A stretch of DNA of 62,185 nucleotides from sequence record DRR723986_15179, one strand, 5' to 3'. Below the pieces are notes generated by a model. It saw only the letters and a program-made list of their open reading frames with translations, made no database searches and had not been told where the DNA came from. Position numbers and translations under genes: made by a program. Every line of letters begins with the position of its first letter. The first letter of the stretch is position 1. This document shows positions 9,854 to 20,960 of this stretch, piece after piece.

Positions 9854-11365
9854 ATGAAAAAATTCGCAATAAAAAATATAAAATTAGCATTGGTTGGTGC
9901 GGCCCTTTTAGGCTTTACTAGTGCTTGTGATGTGACTGAATTGGTTCCAGCTAACCTAATTCCAGATTCTGAGGCATTTACTACAGGAGCTAGAATTGAG
10001 TCAGCGATCTTAGGGGTATATGAATCCGCACAAAGAGGATTTTACGCTGGCGCTGTTCAACGTGGTTATCCTTTCGGAGCTGCTAATGTGGAGCAAGGTG
10101 ACATGAGAGGAGAGGATATGTACAACGATCAGGCTTTCTACGAAATCACTTATAATAACTCATACAGCCCTAGTTCTGCAAACAATGTGGGTATGTGGAT
10201 CTCTCTTTATCGAATGATCAACAGGCTGAACATCATTTTGGAGAACTTAGATATTGCTGTTGAAAATGGTGTATTATCGTCTGAAGATGGTTCTGCCTAC
10301 AAGGGTGAAATGTTGTTCTTGAGAGCTTTAGCTCACCATGAATTGCTTATTCACTTTGCAAGACCTTATTCTGACAATCCATCATCTCCAGGAATTCCTT
10401 ACAGAATTTTTGGTATCGATGACGTTACTAAAGTTCCTGCTGGAGAAGCTGTACCTAGAGGAACGGTAGCAGACGATTACGCACAACTTCTTCAAGATCT
10501 TGATGCTGCAGAAGGCTTTCTGCCAGAAGGTGGTCCTTTCAGAGCCAACAAAGGTGCTGCGATTGCCCTTAAATCCAGAATCAAATTGCATATGAAAGAT
10601 TGGCCAGGAGTATTGGCTGAATACAACAAGTTATCTTCTAAATATGCTGTTACAGCTAATCCGGCTACTCCTTTCAGAGGAGGTACTAGTTCTGATAATA
10701 TCTTCTCTTTTGTAAATTCTGCAGAAGCTAATCCTGGCGTAAACGGTGCCCTTCCATCTATGTATGGAAACCCTGATCGAGGAGCTAGAGGTTTAGTGAA
10801 AATAAGCCCGATCATCTGGAGATCAGATTTCTGGAGTTCAGAAGATACTCGTCGTACGTTATTGACAACAAGCAGTGCAACAGGTATTTTCACAGATAAG
10901 TATCAAGACGCTACTACTTACACAGATCCTAACATAATTTTGAGATTTGCTGAGGTAGTACTTAATGCAGCTGAAGCTAATGCTAGAACTGGCAAAACGA
11001 CAGAAGCAGTTACTTTATTGAATTCTGTTAGAAGCCGCGCTTTACCTGCTTCTGTCCCTGCATATACAGTGGAAGGTTTAGGAGATGGTTTACTTGATGC
11101 AATATTCAATGAGAGAAGAATTGAGTTTCTTGCCGAAGGTAGAAGATGGTCAGATATTCACAGATTGTCTGGAGAAGGTTTGATGTCTGGTATCCCACTT
11201 AAAGCTACTTCCAGATCAATTACAAAAATCAGCTTCTATCAGGGTGGAACTATTCCGATGGATCACTCACTTGAGTATTCTAGCCATTTGTTCGTGTGGC
11301 CAATTCCATTAGATGAATTAAACACCAATATTTCGGCTCCAATCGATCAGAATCCTGGTTATTAA
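9854..11365 (+). CDS. susD: SusD/RagB family lipoprotein
   Basis: Lipobox FTSAC; RFAEVVLNAAEA, ERRIEFLAEGRRWSDIHR, QNPGY C-terminus; directly after susC. Confidence 0.95.
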   Translation: MKKFAIKNIKLALVGAALLGFTSACDVTELVPANLIPDSEAFTTGARIESAILGVYESAQRGFYAGAVQRGYPFGAANVEQGDMRGEDMYNDQAFYEITYNNSYSPSSANNVGMWISLYRMINRLNIILENLDIAVENGVLSSEDGSAYKGEMLFLRALAHHELLIHFARPYSDNPSSPGIPYRIFGIDDVTKVPAGEAVPRGTVADDYAQLLQDLDAAEGFLPEGGPFRANKGAAIALKSRIKLHMKDWPGVLAEYNKLSSKYAVTANPATPFRGGTSSDNIFSFVNSAEANPGVNGALPSMYGNPDRGARGLVKISPIIWRSDFWSSEDTRRTLLTTSSATGIFTDKYQDATTYTDPNIILRFAEVVLNAAEANARTGKTTEAVTLLNSVRSRALPASVPAYTVEGLGDGLLDAIFNERRIEFLAEGRRWSDIHRLSGEGLMSGIPLKATSRSITKISFYQGGTIPMDHSLEYSSHLFVWPIPLDELNTNISAPIDQNPGY

Positions 11366-11384
11366 TTAGAAATTAAAAAAGATT

Positions 11385-11413
11385 AAAAGTCCGGCCTTTG
11401 CCGGACTTTTTTT
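11385..11413 (+). terminator. Intrinsic terminator of susCD pair 1
   Basis: AAAAGTCCGGC-cttt-GCCGGACTTTT followed by T run. Confidence 0.85.
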
Positions 11414-11948
11414 GTTCAGTGAAATCAAATCTGTTTGAGGGGTAAAGTTTGAGATAGGAAGTATTACAAAAGAGTATTTCATCAAAAACTTAAAGTAATT
11501 ATTGAGTTATTGATGAAATCAGTTCAAATTGAGGACGAAAAAGGGACAGCTAAGCTAGTTGAGGTAAGCTTAATAACCTTAGGCCATATTTTTTAAAGCT
11601 TGAAGTTTCCTTCTCCAAGTATGATGGTTGGCCAGCAAGAAATTTTTGATACATAGGATTAATTTCTCGCTGAAGCTAGGAGTTAATTACAGCTGGCAAG
11701 ATGAGTCTCATGAATTTCACCTCACATAACTGCCAAGTTCATTGATTCTAGGGTATTTGGTTTAGGAACACTCATACTTATGTTTCAGTAGTGAGCCTTC
11801 TATTGAATAAGAAGGTGAACAAAACTGAGCTTTTAAGAAGCTTGGTGCTTATTCGGTTATCTGTAGAAAACTACCGTTTAAGAATTAAATAGCCTTGCTA
11901 TTACTTGAAATACCTTTCAATTGAAGATGAGAACCTTTTTAATATGAC

Positions 11949-11983
11949 AAAAAAAAAGTAGCCGAGGTGACTCGGCTACTTTT
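11949..11983 (-). terminator. Intrinsic terminator of susCD pair 2
   Basis: AAAAGTAGCCGAG-gtga-CTCGGCTACTTTT with A9 run (U tract on minus strand). Confidence 0.85.
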
Positions 11984-12002
11984 AGTAAATAAAGAATATG
12001 GC

Positions 12003-13523
12003 TTAGTAGCCAGGGTTTTGGTCTGCATTAGTTAAGGCAGAATTATTATCTAATTCCACAGTAGGAATGGGCAGAAGATCATGCTTTGACTGATAGCCAG
12101 CAATAGGTTCACCTTGTAAGGTCCCCATTCTTCTCCATCTACGAATATCTCTGTTTCGTACTTGCTCGCCTGGCATCTCCACTCTTCTTTCATGCTGAAT
12201 AGCGATTCGAGTTTGCTCTTTTGTTCCAGTTGGATATTGAGCAGTTGGATATTCTGGCATCATTACATCTGCTCTTTTTCTTGTTCTATTGAGATATGGT
12301 AAAGCTGCAGCTGGGCCAGTTAGCTCATTCTCTACTTCCGCCATCATCAGATAAACATCAGCAAGTCTGATCACGCGGAAGTTGATTCCAGATTGAGTGT
12401 TTTCATTGGCTCTTTTATAGATAGTCTGGTATTTTCTCCAGCTTGGCTTATTGAAATCCCCCTGAACAGTTGATTCATTCAATACACTTGCTCCAGCATT
12501 GAATGTGTCACCTAATCTGTAGAAGTTATAGCTCATTCTAGGGTCCTCTTTAGGAGCTCCTGTAGAAGGTTTTTCAAATTCAGCCACCAAACTAGTGTTT
12601 GGAATTAAATTCCTCCAAGCATTTGGTCCATATTCTTGGCCTCTAAAGGTCACTTCAGCAATACCTGTACCGTCACCATTCCATCCACCAGCATTTCCGA
12701 ATGCTTCAGAGAATTGGATCTCCCAGATAGATTCGGAGTTGTTTTCGCTTTCTTCTTCAAAATTATCTAGGTATCGCTCAGTCAATGAATACTGATTGGA
12801 ATTTATTATCTCAGTGAGGTAAGGTTTTGCTTCAGAGAATTTTCCTTGGAAAAGCAACAACTTAGCAGCTACTGCTTGAGCAGCCCCTTTACTAGCTCGT
12901 CCCACATCGGTCCCTGAGTAAGTAGAATTGAGAGGAAGTCTCGAAATAGCTTCATTTAAATCACTTAAAGATTGTGCGTAAGATGCTTCTTGTGTTGCCC
13001 TTGGAAGACCTTCAGGAGATGATGCAGATGTTGTCATAAGTGGGACCCCGCCCCATAAGGTAGATAATTCGTAAAAGGCTAATCCTCTTAAGAAATAGGC
13101 TTCTCCTACAATTCTACTTCTAAGCGCCTCAGTAATATTATCTGTAGCGTTGTCTGCATTTTCTATCACTAGATTGGCACGATGTATCAATCGATACCAA
13201 CCTCTCCAATTCGCTTCAATTTGAGGATTGGAACCATCAAAAACGTAGTTTAATACTTGCGCTCTCGGTGCTTCTAATTGCGCTCCTCCAGTCTCTACAT
13301 CATCGGATAGGAGGTCATGTAGGAAGAAATATTCTCTATTATATAAATTGTTTCCTTGAAGTGTAGCATATACCGAATTGATCGCTGCTAATAGTTGCGG
13401 TCCAGTCCGATAGAAAGTCTCAGTGCCCAATTGATTAGGGTTTACTGGACTTAACACTTCCTCATCACAGGCAATCATACCAACAGACATGATTATTGCC
13501 AAAAGTGTGGATCTTGTTTTCAT
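12003..13523 (-). CDS. susD: SusD/RagB family lipoprotein
   Basis: Lipobox MIAC; GEAYFLRG, RLADVYLMMAE, HERRVEM, QNPGY end. Confidence 0.95.
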   Translation of the reverse strand: MKTRSTLLAIIMSVGMIACDEEVLSPVNPNQLGTETFYRTGPQLLAAINSVYATLQGNNLYNREYFFLHDLLSDDVETGGAQLEAPRAQVLNYVFDGSNPQIEANWRGWYRLIHRANLVIENADNATDNITEALRSRIVGEAYFLRGLAFYELSTLWGGVPLMTTSASSPEGLPRATQEASYAQSLSDLNEAISRLPLNSTYSGTDVGRASKGAAQAVAAKLLLFQGKFSEAKPYLTEIINSNQYSLTERYLDNFEEESENNSESIWEIQFSEAFGNAGGWNGDGTGIAEVTFRGQEYGPNAWRNLIPNTSLVAEFEKPSTGAPKEDPRMSYNFYRLGDTFNAGASVLNESTVQGDFNKPSWRKYQTIYKRANENTQSGINFRVIRLADVYLMMAEVENELTGPAAALPYLNRTRKRADVMMPEYPTAQYPTGTKEQTRIAIQHERRVEMPGEQVRNRDIRRWRRMGTLQGEPIAGYQSKHDLLPIPTVELDNNSALTNADQNPGY

Positions 13524-13541
13524 GATTTTTCCTTTTATAAA

Positions 13542-16500
13542 TTAAAATGCAAGTTGTATACCTCCCATGATCGTGCGGGCAGCTGGGAATTGGCCATAAT
13601 CAATCCCTGTACCTAAGGATGAATTTATACCTGTCCTTACTGCTACTTCAGGGTCATATCCTGTGTAATCTGTAATGGTAAACAGATTTTGTGCAGAGAC
13701 ATACACTCTTACTTTTGATACAGTTCCTTTGCTCCAAGATTGTAGAGCTGCGCTAGGAATGCTATAACCTATTGATATGTTTTTAAGCCTCAAATAGGAA
13801 CCGTCTTCTACAAATCTCGAACTTGCTCTGGCATTTCTATTTGGATCACCGGAGATTGCTCTTGGAACATCTGTATCCGTATTAGTAGGAGTCCAACGGT
13901 CTAACACCACAGTGCTGGCGCCAAATAATCGGGTCATGCCTTCTGTATGGTATCTTAGATTATTGAAGATTTCATTGCCTGATACTCCCTGCAAGAACAT
14001 AGTGAAATCAAATCCTTTATAAGATGCATTGGCATTCAAACCGTACGTAAAGTCTGGAAGGTAATGACCAAGGTTTGTTCTATCATTTGCATCTATTACA
14101 CCGTCGTTATTGATATCTCTGAATTTAATATCACCCGCTGAGGCATTTGGCTGCTGAGTTGTGCTTTCACCAGATTGGAATATTCCATCTGCAATCCATC
14201 CATAGAAGTAGGCAATTGGCTGTCCCTCTTCTGTAAGCGTCATTGCGTCTCCTTGGAAATTAGGGCCGAAAATAGTGTTGCCTGTACCCAAGGAAGTTAA
14301 TTCGTTGGTTACAAATCCCATATTTCCATCAATTCCCAATTGGAAATCCCCAGATCTCAATTCATAGCCAGCTGTGATTTCAAATCCGCTATTCTTGACA
14401 GTCCCTACGTTTGCTACTGGTGCTCCGTCATAACCTAAAGATGGTGGAATAGGGACGCCAAGGATCATACCTTCGGTAGTATTTTCATATACTTCCAAGG
14501 AAAGGCTAAACTGATCATTGAAAAGCCCAATATCTAAACCTAAGTTTTTCATGATAGTAGTTTCCCATTTTAAATCAGCATTTGCAAGAGCTGAAATAGT
14601 ACTGCCAGTAAGCAAATTATCATCAAAATTGTAGAATAAATTAGAGTTAATCGTAGCCTGGTAGACGTAATCACCAATTCTGTCATTACCAGTTTCACCA
14701 TAACTTGCACGCAACTTCAAGTCACTTACAGCATTTAGACCTTGCATGAAGCCTTCCTCACTTAATCTCCAACCAACAGATAGAGAAGGGAAAGTACCCC
14801 ACTTATTGTCTGGGCCAAATCGAGAGCCACCATCTCTTCTTATACTAGCACTGATCAGGTATTTCTGTGCATAATCGTAGTTGATTCTACCCACATAAGA
14901 TATTAGTGCGTACTCAGTTTTAGAACTTGTCGTAGTTTGATTCTCTACACCTTGAAGTTCTCTCACGTCATTGGTTAATGAGTTTTGTCCGGCGCCATTT
15001 AAACTGGTGAAAGTGGAAGTTTGTCTTTCAACCACACCTAATAAATCAAAATGGTGTTTGTCGATATCTTTAGTATAAGTTAGCTGATTACTGAAAAGCG
15101 GAGAAACAAAGTTTGTTTTGGTTTTGGAAATTGTCGCAAAGTTCTGAATGCTAAAGTCTCCAGCATCGAAACTAGGAGTATACTGGTAGTTGTCACCAAT
15201 CCCTACATCCAATCCGACTAAAAATTTATAATCTAGACCCTTAAGGATATTTACGCTCACATAAGCAGATCCAAGGATTTTATAATCCTGACTGTTGTCA
15301 TTTCTGAGTGTGGCATTCAATACTGGGTTTTCAGGATCAGATCCATCAACTCGGTCTGGGGCTCTGAAACCTCCAAGTCTGGTAGCATCCCTAACAGGGA
15401 TATAAGGCACAGCCTTTACAATATGCTCTAGCTGGCTTCTGCCTCCAGAGAATGGTTCATTGTTTCTGTTTGAGTAGGCTACCGTTAAGGTCTGACCAAT
15501 TTTAACTCGCTTGTTTACTTTGAATTCAGTATTTGATCTCAAGGAAACTCGCTCAAAATCAGTTCCTAGCATAATGCCTTCTTGGCTAAAATATCCGATA
15601 CCAAAGTTGTAAAGCACATTTTCCGTACCTCCAGAGACACTTAGATTATGATCCTGAATTGGTGCTGTACGGAACATCTCATCTTGGTAATCAATATCTA
15701 CGTTTGCAAATTCACCTAGATTATCAAAACGTGCTGGAGCGTCAGCACCTGCATTTCCTAGAAGTTCTCTACCAAAAGCGATGTATTGATCTCTATTAAG
15801 TAAATCCAGTGTTTTCCAAGCTTTTTGGCTTCCGTAATAAGAGTCCAAACTAACTAGAGGCTTGCCTATTTTACCTTTTTTGGTTGTTACCAAAATCACA
15901 CCATTAGCACCCCTTGAACCATAGATAGCTGCTGTAGAGGCATCTTTCAATACTTCTATTGATTCGATATCAGCAGGGTTGATTTGATTTAAACCACCTG
16001 CTGGCATTCCATCGATCACATAAAGTGGATCATTATTTCCAACAGTACCTATACCTCTGATTCGCACAATAGGATTCGTGCCAGGAGAACCAGCGTTGGT
16101 GACTGCGACTCCTGCAGCCCGTCCTTGTAGTGCTGAAGCCAAACTTGGTACTGGTAAAGCCCGGATCTGCTCCGAACCAACAGAAGAAATTGCACCGGTC
16201 ACTTTAGCACGTTCTTGCGTACCGTATCCGACTACTACCACTTCTGATAGGGAAGAAAGATCCTCTTCTAAGACGACATTGAGTTCACTGGAATTGCCTA
16301 CACGAACTTCTTTTGAAGTGTAACCAATAAATGAGAAAACTAAAATTGATTCGTCAGAAGGGACGGTTAAGCTAAAGTTGCCATCGATATCCGATGCTGT
16401 ACCGGTGGTGGTACCTTTAACTAAAATATTCACACCGGGCATGGTTTCCCCGGATGATGATTTAATAACGCCAGTAACATTTCTGCTTTGGGCGAATGAG

Positions 16501-16601
16501 CTTCCTATAAAAATAATTACTAGGAATAGTGAGAGCATTAGCCCATGAAAATTTTTCCATGGAGGTAATGCACGAGTTTTTGGGTAAATCGTTTTTGACA
16601 T
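13542..16601 (-). CDS. susC: SusC/RagA family TonB-dependent outer-membrane transporter
   Basis: EVVVVGYGTQ, LKDASTAAIYGSRGANGVILVTTK, LKWETT, GDIKFRDINNDG, C-terminal Phe. Confidence 0.96.
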   Translation of the reverse strand: MSKTIYPKTRALPPWKNFHGLMLSLFLVIIFIGSSFAQSRNVTGVIKSSSGETMPGVNILVKGTTTGTASDIDGNFSLTVPSDESILVFSFIGYTSKEVRVGNSSELNVVLEEDLSSLSEVVVVGYGTQERAKVTGAISSVGSEQIRALPVPSLASALQGRAAGVAVTNAGSPGTNPIVRIRGIGTVGNNDPLYVIDGMPAGGLNQINPADIESIEVLKDASTAAIYGSRGANGVILVTTKKGKIGKPLVSLDSYYGSQKAWKTLDLLNRDQYIAFGRELLGNAGADAPARFDNLGEFANVDIDYQDEMFRTAPIQDHNLSVSGGTENVLYNFGIGYFSQEGIMLGTDFERVSLRSNTEFKVNKRVKIGQTLTVAYSNRNNEPFSGGRSQLEHIVKAVPYIPVRDATRLGGFRAPDRVDGSDPENPVLNATLRNDNSQDYKILGSAYVSVNILKGLDYKFLVGLDVGIGDNYQYTPSFDAGDFSIQNFATISKTKTNFVSPLFSNQLTYTKDIDKHHFDLLGVVERQTSTFTSLNGAGQNSLTNDVRELQGVENQTTTSSKTEYALISYVGRINYDYAQKYLISASIRRDGGSRFGPDNKWGTFPSLSVGWRLSEEGFMQGLNAVSDLKLRASYGETGNDRIGDYVYQATINSNLFYNFDDNLLTGSTISALANADLKWETTIMKNLGLDIGLFNDQFSLSLEVYENTTEGMILGVPIPPSLGYDGAPVANVGTVKNSGFEITAGYELRSGDFQLGIDGNMGFVTNELTSLGTGNTIFGPNFQGDAMTLTEEGQPIAYFYGWIADGIFQSGESTTQQPNASAGDIKFRDINNDGVIDANDRTNLGHYLPDFTYGLNANASYKGFDFTMFLQGVSGNEIFNNLRYHTEGMTRLFGASTVVLDRWTPTNTDTDVPRAISGDPNRNARASSRFVEDGSYLRLKNISIGYSIPSAALQSWSKGTVSKVRVYVSAQNLFTITDYTGYDPEVAVRTGINSSLGTGIDYGQFPAARTIMGGIQLAF

Positions 16602-16947
16602 AACAATAAATTTGTGGACAGATTCTTATAATCTGCCAGGTCTGAGATGGGTTTTGTAAATATGTTTTTATAACATTACTACCAAAGTAATAATTTAATT
16701 ATGATGTTCCTCAAAATTTTGCTTAAATAATTTTTTAAGAAATAATTGTTTGTAGAAATTAATTATTTTAATGAAGTGAGTCTTTTTGTAGGGTCTTTGC
16801 AAAATTTTAATGATTTTCACTTTAATTAGTTTTGATAGCCTTAATTGCATCCTCTGTTTCTACTATTTTTGAAGTTCAAGCAATTTCAGGCCAAGAAATA
16901 AACCGATTTGATACTTCTATTTTGAACCTATTATAAATTTAAGTGAA

Positions 16948-19900
16948 GTGAAAAACGCCCGTTTTCATAAGTGCATACCCATCTATTTAATCTTCCTATT
17001 TTTTTATGCATGTAACAATCCTGCTGATAACACCCTATTCCAACGGGTAGGCGCTTCAGATACAGGAATTGATTTTGCTAATCAATTAACAGAGTCTGAT
17101 TCCTTTAACATCGTGGATTTTGACTATATCTACAATGGGTCAGGAGTAGGCATCGCTGACTTAAATGGGGATGGTTTGCCTGAAATATTCTTTGGTGGAA
17201 ATCAGGTAAGTTCGAGACTCTACCTCAATGAAGGAGGGTTTAATTTTCAAGACATCACCCAGAAATCCAAGCTAGCAACCCAGTCTTGGGTGGAGGGGGT
17301 TACTTTTACAGATATCAATGGAGATGGGAAGTTGGATATTTACCTTTCTGTTTCTAATCGAAATGAGTCCCAGAATCCAAATTTATTATTTGTCAACCAG
17401 GGAAATGATGAAAATGGTATTCCTGTTTTTGAGGAACAAGCCGCTGATTTTGGATTGAATGCGGTAGGGTATTTTACCCAAGCCGCTTTTTTCGACTACG
17501 ACCGGGACGGGGATTTGGATTGCTACCTTTTGGCAAATGCTCTGGAAAGCTTTCAACGTAATATAAGTCGTCCCAGAATCACTGATGGCTCCGGCAAAAG
17601 CAATGATTTATTATTTAGAAATGAGGGGGAGGGAAAATTTGTAGCTGTGACTAGCGAAGCTGGAATAACCTACGAAGGATATGGCTTAGGACTTACCATA
17701 GCGGATATCAATCAAGATGGTTGGCCGGATATTTACGTAGCTAATGATTTTCTTACCAACGATGTGCTTTACATCAATCAGCAAGACGGAACATTTATAA
17801 ATGAAATACAAGATCGCATAGATCACCAAAGCTTCAATGCCATGGGTGTCGATGCTGGAGATATCAATGGAGATGGCTGGCCGGATTTGGTAGTAGTAGA
17901 TATGTTTCCTCCAGACAATCTAAGACAGAAAACAATGTTTTCTCCAACTGAAAATTACAATCTCTATCAGGCTAATCTTGCTAAGGGCTACGAACCTCAA
18001 TATGTTAGAAATACTTTACAACTAAATAGAGGCAATGGGACTTTTGCTGAGATTGGAGAATTGGCAGGGATATCGCAAACTGATTGGAGTTGGTCACCGC
18101 TTTTTGAAGATTTTGATATGGATACCCGGCAGGATCTGATTATTTCCAATGGCTATGGAAAGGACATCACCGATATGGACTATATAAACTATACCAATAA
18201 TTTGGGTCCGTTTATGTCTCCGGAGGATAAGAAGAAGTTGCGAATGGATGGATTGAACCTACTGAAAGAAGTCAAACTTAATAATTACGCTTTCAGAAAC
18301 ACGGGAAATCTGACCTTCGAAGATGTTTCTAGTAGCTGGGGTGTTGACGGATTAGAAATATCGAATGGAATGGCTTATGCGGACTTGGATGGTGATGGTG
18401 ACTTGGATTTGGTCACCAATAATCTTAATGAGGCAGCAGGGATTTTCCGAAATAATAGAAATACAAAGCCATCGAATGCGTACAATGCGAATTGGCTGAA
18501 GATTAAGCTTCATGGCAGCAATCCTAATCCACTTGCGATTGGAGCTGAAGTAAAAGGCTATATAAATGAAAATGGCGGCGTTCGTGTGCTCAGTAAGACT
18601 ATGAACCCTTCTAGAGGCTACAAATCTGCCATGTTTGGAGATGTAATATTTGGATTGGGCGATAGAGAGAGCATTGACTCCCTAGTAGTGATTTGGCCAA
18701 ATGGTACTCGATCCAAGATAAATCGTACAGAAAGCAATCAGCACTTAACGATAGCTCAAGACTCTTCACAAACTGAGTTTTTGTCAAATGAAGAAATTGA
18801 AAAGACTCCATATGACGAAGTGTCAACCGCCTTAGGGATCAATTATGAGTCTGCAGCAATTTCCTACAATGATTTTAACAGGCAAGGGTTGTTGCCTATG
18901 AAGCATAGCAGTCTGGGACCTGGAATAGCTGTAGGAGATGTAAATGGTGATGGACTGGATGATTTCTATTTGTCTGGATCTACTGGACAACCTGGACAAA
19001 TTTTCATTCAAAAAAATACTGGTGAATTTATATCTGAGGCATTGAAAGGCTCGGGAAGCTCGGTTGAAATGGGAGCATTGCTATTTGATTCAGATGGAGA
19101 TAATGACTTGGACCTGTACGTGGTTTCAGGAGGAAGTAGATATGATGCGGAAAGTCAGGTATATCAGGATGTACTGTATATTAATAATGGGAGGGGTAGT
19201 TTCCAGGCTGATTCGTTACTTCTACCAAAATTGGTAAGCTCTGGTTCACTCGTCACTGCTGCAGATTATGATCAGGATGGGGATCTGGATTTGTTTGTAG
19301 GAGGAAGAATCAAGCCAGGAAGATATCCGGAGCCACCAATGTCCTATTTGCTTGAAAATAGAAATGGAACATTTGTCGATGTGACTGAAGCATTAGCACC
19401 AGGATTGAAGGAAGCTGGTATGATTAGTTCGGCACTTTGGACGGATTATGACCAAGACGGTAAACTTGATTTGCTGATAGCAGGCGAGTGGATGCCGATC
19501 ACTGTCTTTTTACAGTCAAATGAAAGAGGTAATAGGGTGTTTAATCTTAAAGTGCTCGATTCTGAATCATGGAAATCTGCTGGTTGGTGGAACAGTATAA
19601 CTCCTATGGTTTTTGAAGATGGGAAATTGCCCAGTTATGCTTTAGGGAATGTTGGATCAAATTCTAGATATAGAGCTTCGCAAGCCAAGCCATTGGAGAT
19701 GCACTTCGCGGATTTTGATAAAAACGGAAGTGTGGATCCTGTCATTTTCCAATACTTTGGAGATACCATTTATCCACTGGCCAGTAGAAACCAGCTGGTA
19801 GGACAAGTGCCTAAGTGGAAAAATAAATTCTTGGTGTATCGTGAATTTGCATACGTGGATAGGGATCAGTTTTTTTCCGCCGAGGAAAAAGAAATGGCCA

Positions 19901-20472
19901 GCGTGCTACAAGTTCATGAGTTCCGATCTGGTGTATTGAAAAATCTAGGAGACTCTATTTATTTTGATGGATTTCCTCAAGAAGCGCAGTTTTCGCGCAT
20001 TTTTGGAATGATGGAGATTCCGGAAGGTGTTTTTGCTGTTGGAAATTTCTTTGATAATGAGACAGTCACAGGACGAAATGATGCCGGGCGCGGGGCTTTA
20101 CTCAAAACCAAAAATGGACTATTTCAAAACTTTGAATTTGGTAGACAGCTAGGGCTAGAAGTGCCTGGAGAAAGCAGGGCTGTAGCCAAATTGATGGGCG
20201 CTGATGGAAGAGAGATTATTTTGGTTAGTAGATACAACCAGTCATTGATGGCTTTTCGATCAGCTATTCAAACCTCTAAAGTCGTTCAGCCAAGTGCTGA
20301 TGTGCAGCAACTTATTATTTATCAAAACAATAAACCAACTTTGAAAAGAGAGCTATTTTATGGTTCTGGCTATCTGAGTCAATCGTCAAGGAAACTGGTA
20401 CTTGGGTCTGGGGTTGATTCTGTCGTGACGGTAAATTACAAAGGAGAGAGAAGCAAAATCTCTCTTGATTAG
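16948..20472 (+). CDS. FG-GAP/VCBS repeat lipoprotein with ASPIC/UnbV domain (CRTAC1-like)
   Basis: Lipobox FYAC; many DxxxDGxxD repeats (DLNGDGLPE, DYDRDGDLD, DINQDGWPD); central NWLKIKL...AIGAEV...FGLG...WPNG UnbV-type segment. Confidence 0.9.
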   Translation: MKNARFHKCIPIYLIFLFFYACNNPADNTLFQRVGASDTGIDFANQLTESDSFNIVDFDYIYNGSGVGIADLNGDGLPEIFFGGNQVSSRLYLNEGGFNFQDITQKSKLATQSWVEGVTFTDINGDGKLDIYLSVSNRNESQNPNLLFVNQGNDENGIPVFEEQAADFGLNAVGYFTQAAFFDYDRDGDLDCYLLANALESFQRNISRPRITDGSGKSNDLLFRNEGEGKFVAVTSEAGITYEGYGLGLTIADINQDGWPDIYVANDFLTNDVLYINQQDGTFINEIQDRIDHQSFNAMGVDAGDINGDGWPDLVVVDMFPPDNLRQKTMFSPTENYNLYQANLAKGYEPQYVRNTLQLNRGNGTFAEIGELAGISQTDWSWSPLFEDFDMDTRQDLIISNGYGKDITDMDYINYTNNLGPFMSPEDKKKLRMDGLNLLKEVKLNNYAFRNTGNLTFEDVSSSWGVDGLEISNGMAYADLDGDGDLDLVTNNLNEAAGIFRNNRNTKPSNAYNANWLKIKLHGSNPNPLAIGAEVKGYINENGGVRVLSKTMNPSRGYKSAMFGDVIFGLGDRESIDSLVVIWPNGTRSKINRTESNQHLTIAQDSSQTEFLSNEEIEKTPYDEVSTALGINYESAAISYNDFNRQGLLPMKHSSLGPGIAVGDVNGDGLDDFYLSGSTGQPGQIFIQKNTGEFISEALKGSGSSVEMGALLFDSDGDNDLDLYVVSGGSRYDAESQVYQDVLYINNGRGSFQADSLLLPKLVSSGSLVTAADYDQDGDLDLFVGGRIKPGRYPEPPMSYLLENRNGTFVDVTEALAPGLKEAGMISSALWTDYDQDGKLDLLIAGEWMPITVFLQSNERGNRVFNLKVLDSESWKSAGWWNSITPMVFEDGKLPSYALGNVGSNSRYRASQAKPLEMHFADFDKNGSVDPVIFQYFGDTIYPLASRNQLVGQVPKWKNKFLVYREFAYVDRDQFFSAEEKEMASVLQVHEFRSGVLKNLGDSIYFDGFPQEAQFSRIFGMMEIPEGVFAVGNFFDNETVTGRNDAGRGALLKTKNGLFQNFEFGRQLGLEVPGESRAVAKLMGADGREIILVSRYNQSLMAFRSAIQTSKVVQPSADVQQLIIYQNNKPTLKRELFYGSGYLSQSSRKLVLGSGVDSVVTVNYKGERSKISLD

Positions 20473-20960
20473 TTGTCTAATTTCCCAGTTTCTGCACCTT
20501 TTCCTAATATGATGCTTTTAGGTGAGGTTTTATCAAAATAGAACTGAATGACATTCTTTTGATCAGGAAAAATATCTACCAGTAAACTGTTTTTTACTTT
20601 AACAGAGGTTGGATTTTTTACTTTCTCAGATTCAAGGTAGAACCAAGCCGCATCTTCCTCCACTTCATATCCAATGAAATTCAAGGGGACTGTTTTGTCG
20701 GCAATCCAAATCATATTTTTTTCTTTCAAATAGGATTCAATTTGCTTATTGAGCTTGTCTTTGTTGGAAGGATTTAGAAAATCAATGGATTCTTTGTGGA
20801 AATCGCCCAGCCCAATCTCTAAATCGTCCCAAAAAATCTTCTGCGAAATCTCTATATGCTCAGTCTCAGCATTCCATCTAATCTCTGTCAAGCTGATGTG
20901 AAAAGGGTGGGTAAATACCAGCCATCCCAAGCTGATCATGTATAAGTAAAACTGTTGCAT
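20469..20960 (-). CDS. DUF6702-like exported protein
   Basis: HPFHISLTEI immediately after a hydrophobic leader; KIFWDDLE; divergent from hupE/ureJ, as is usual for this family. Confidence 0.75.
   Translation of the reverse strand: MQQFYLYMISLGWLVFTHPFHISLTEIRWNAETEHIEISQKIFWDDLEIGLGDFHKESIDFLNPSNKDKLNKQIESYLKEKNMIWIADKTVPLNFIGYEVEEDAAWFYLESEKVKNPTSVKVKNSLLVDIFPDQKNVIQFYFDKTSPKSIILGKGAETGKLDN

Noticed and set aside
17140-19740. Recurrent GAT/GGA-rich nucleotide repeats
   Set aside because: Explained by FG-GAP DxxxDG protein repeats; not CRISPR or DNA-level repeats
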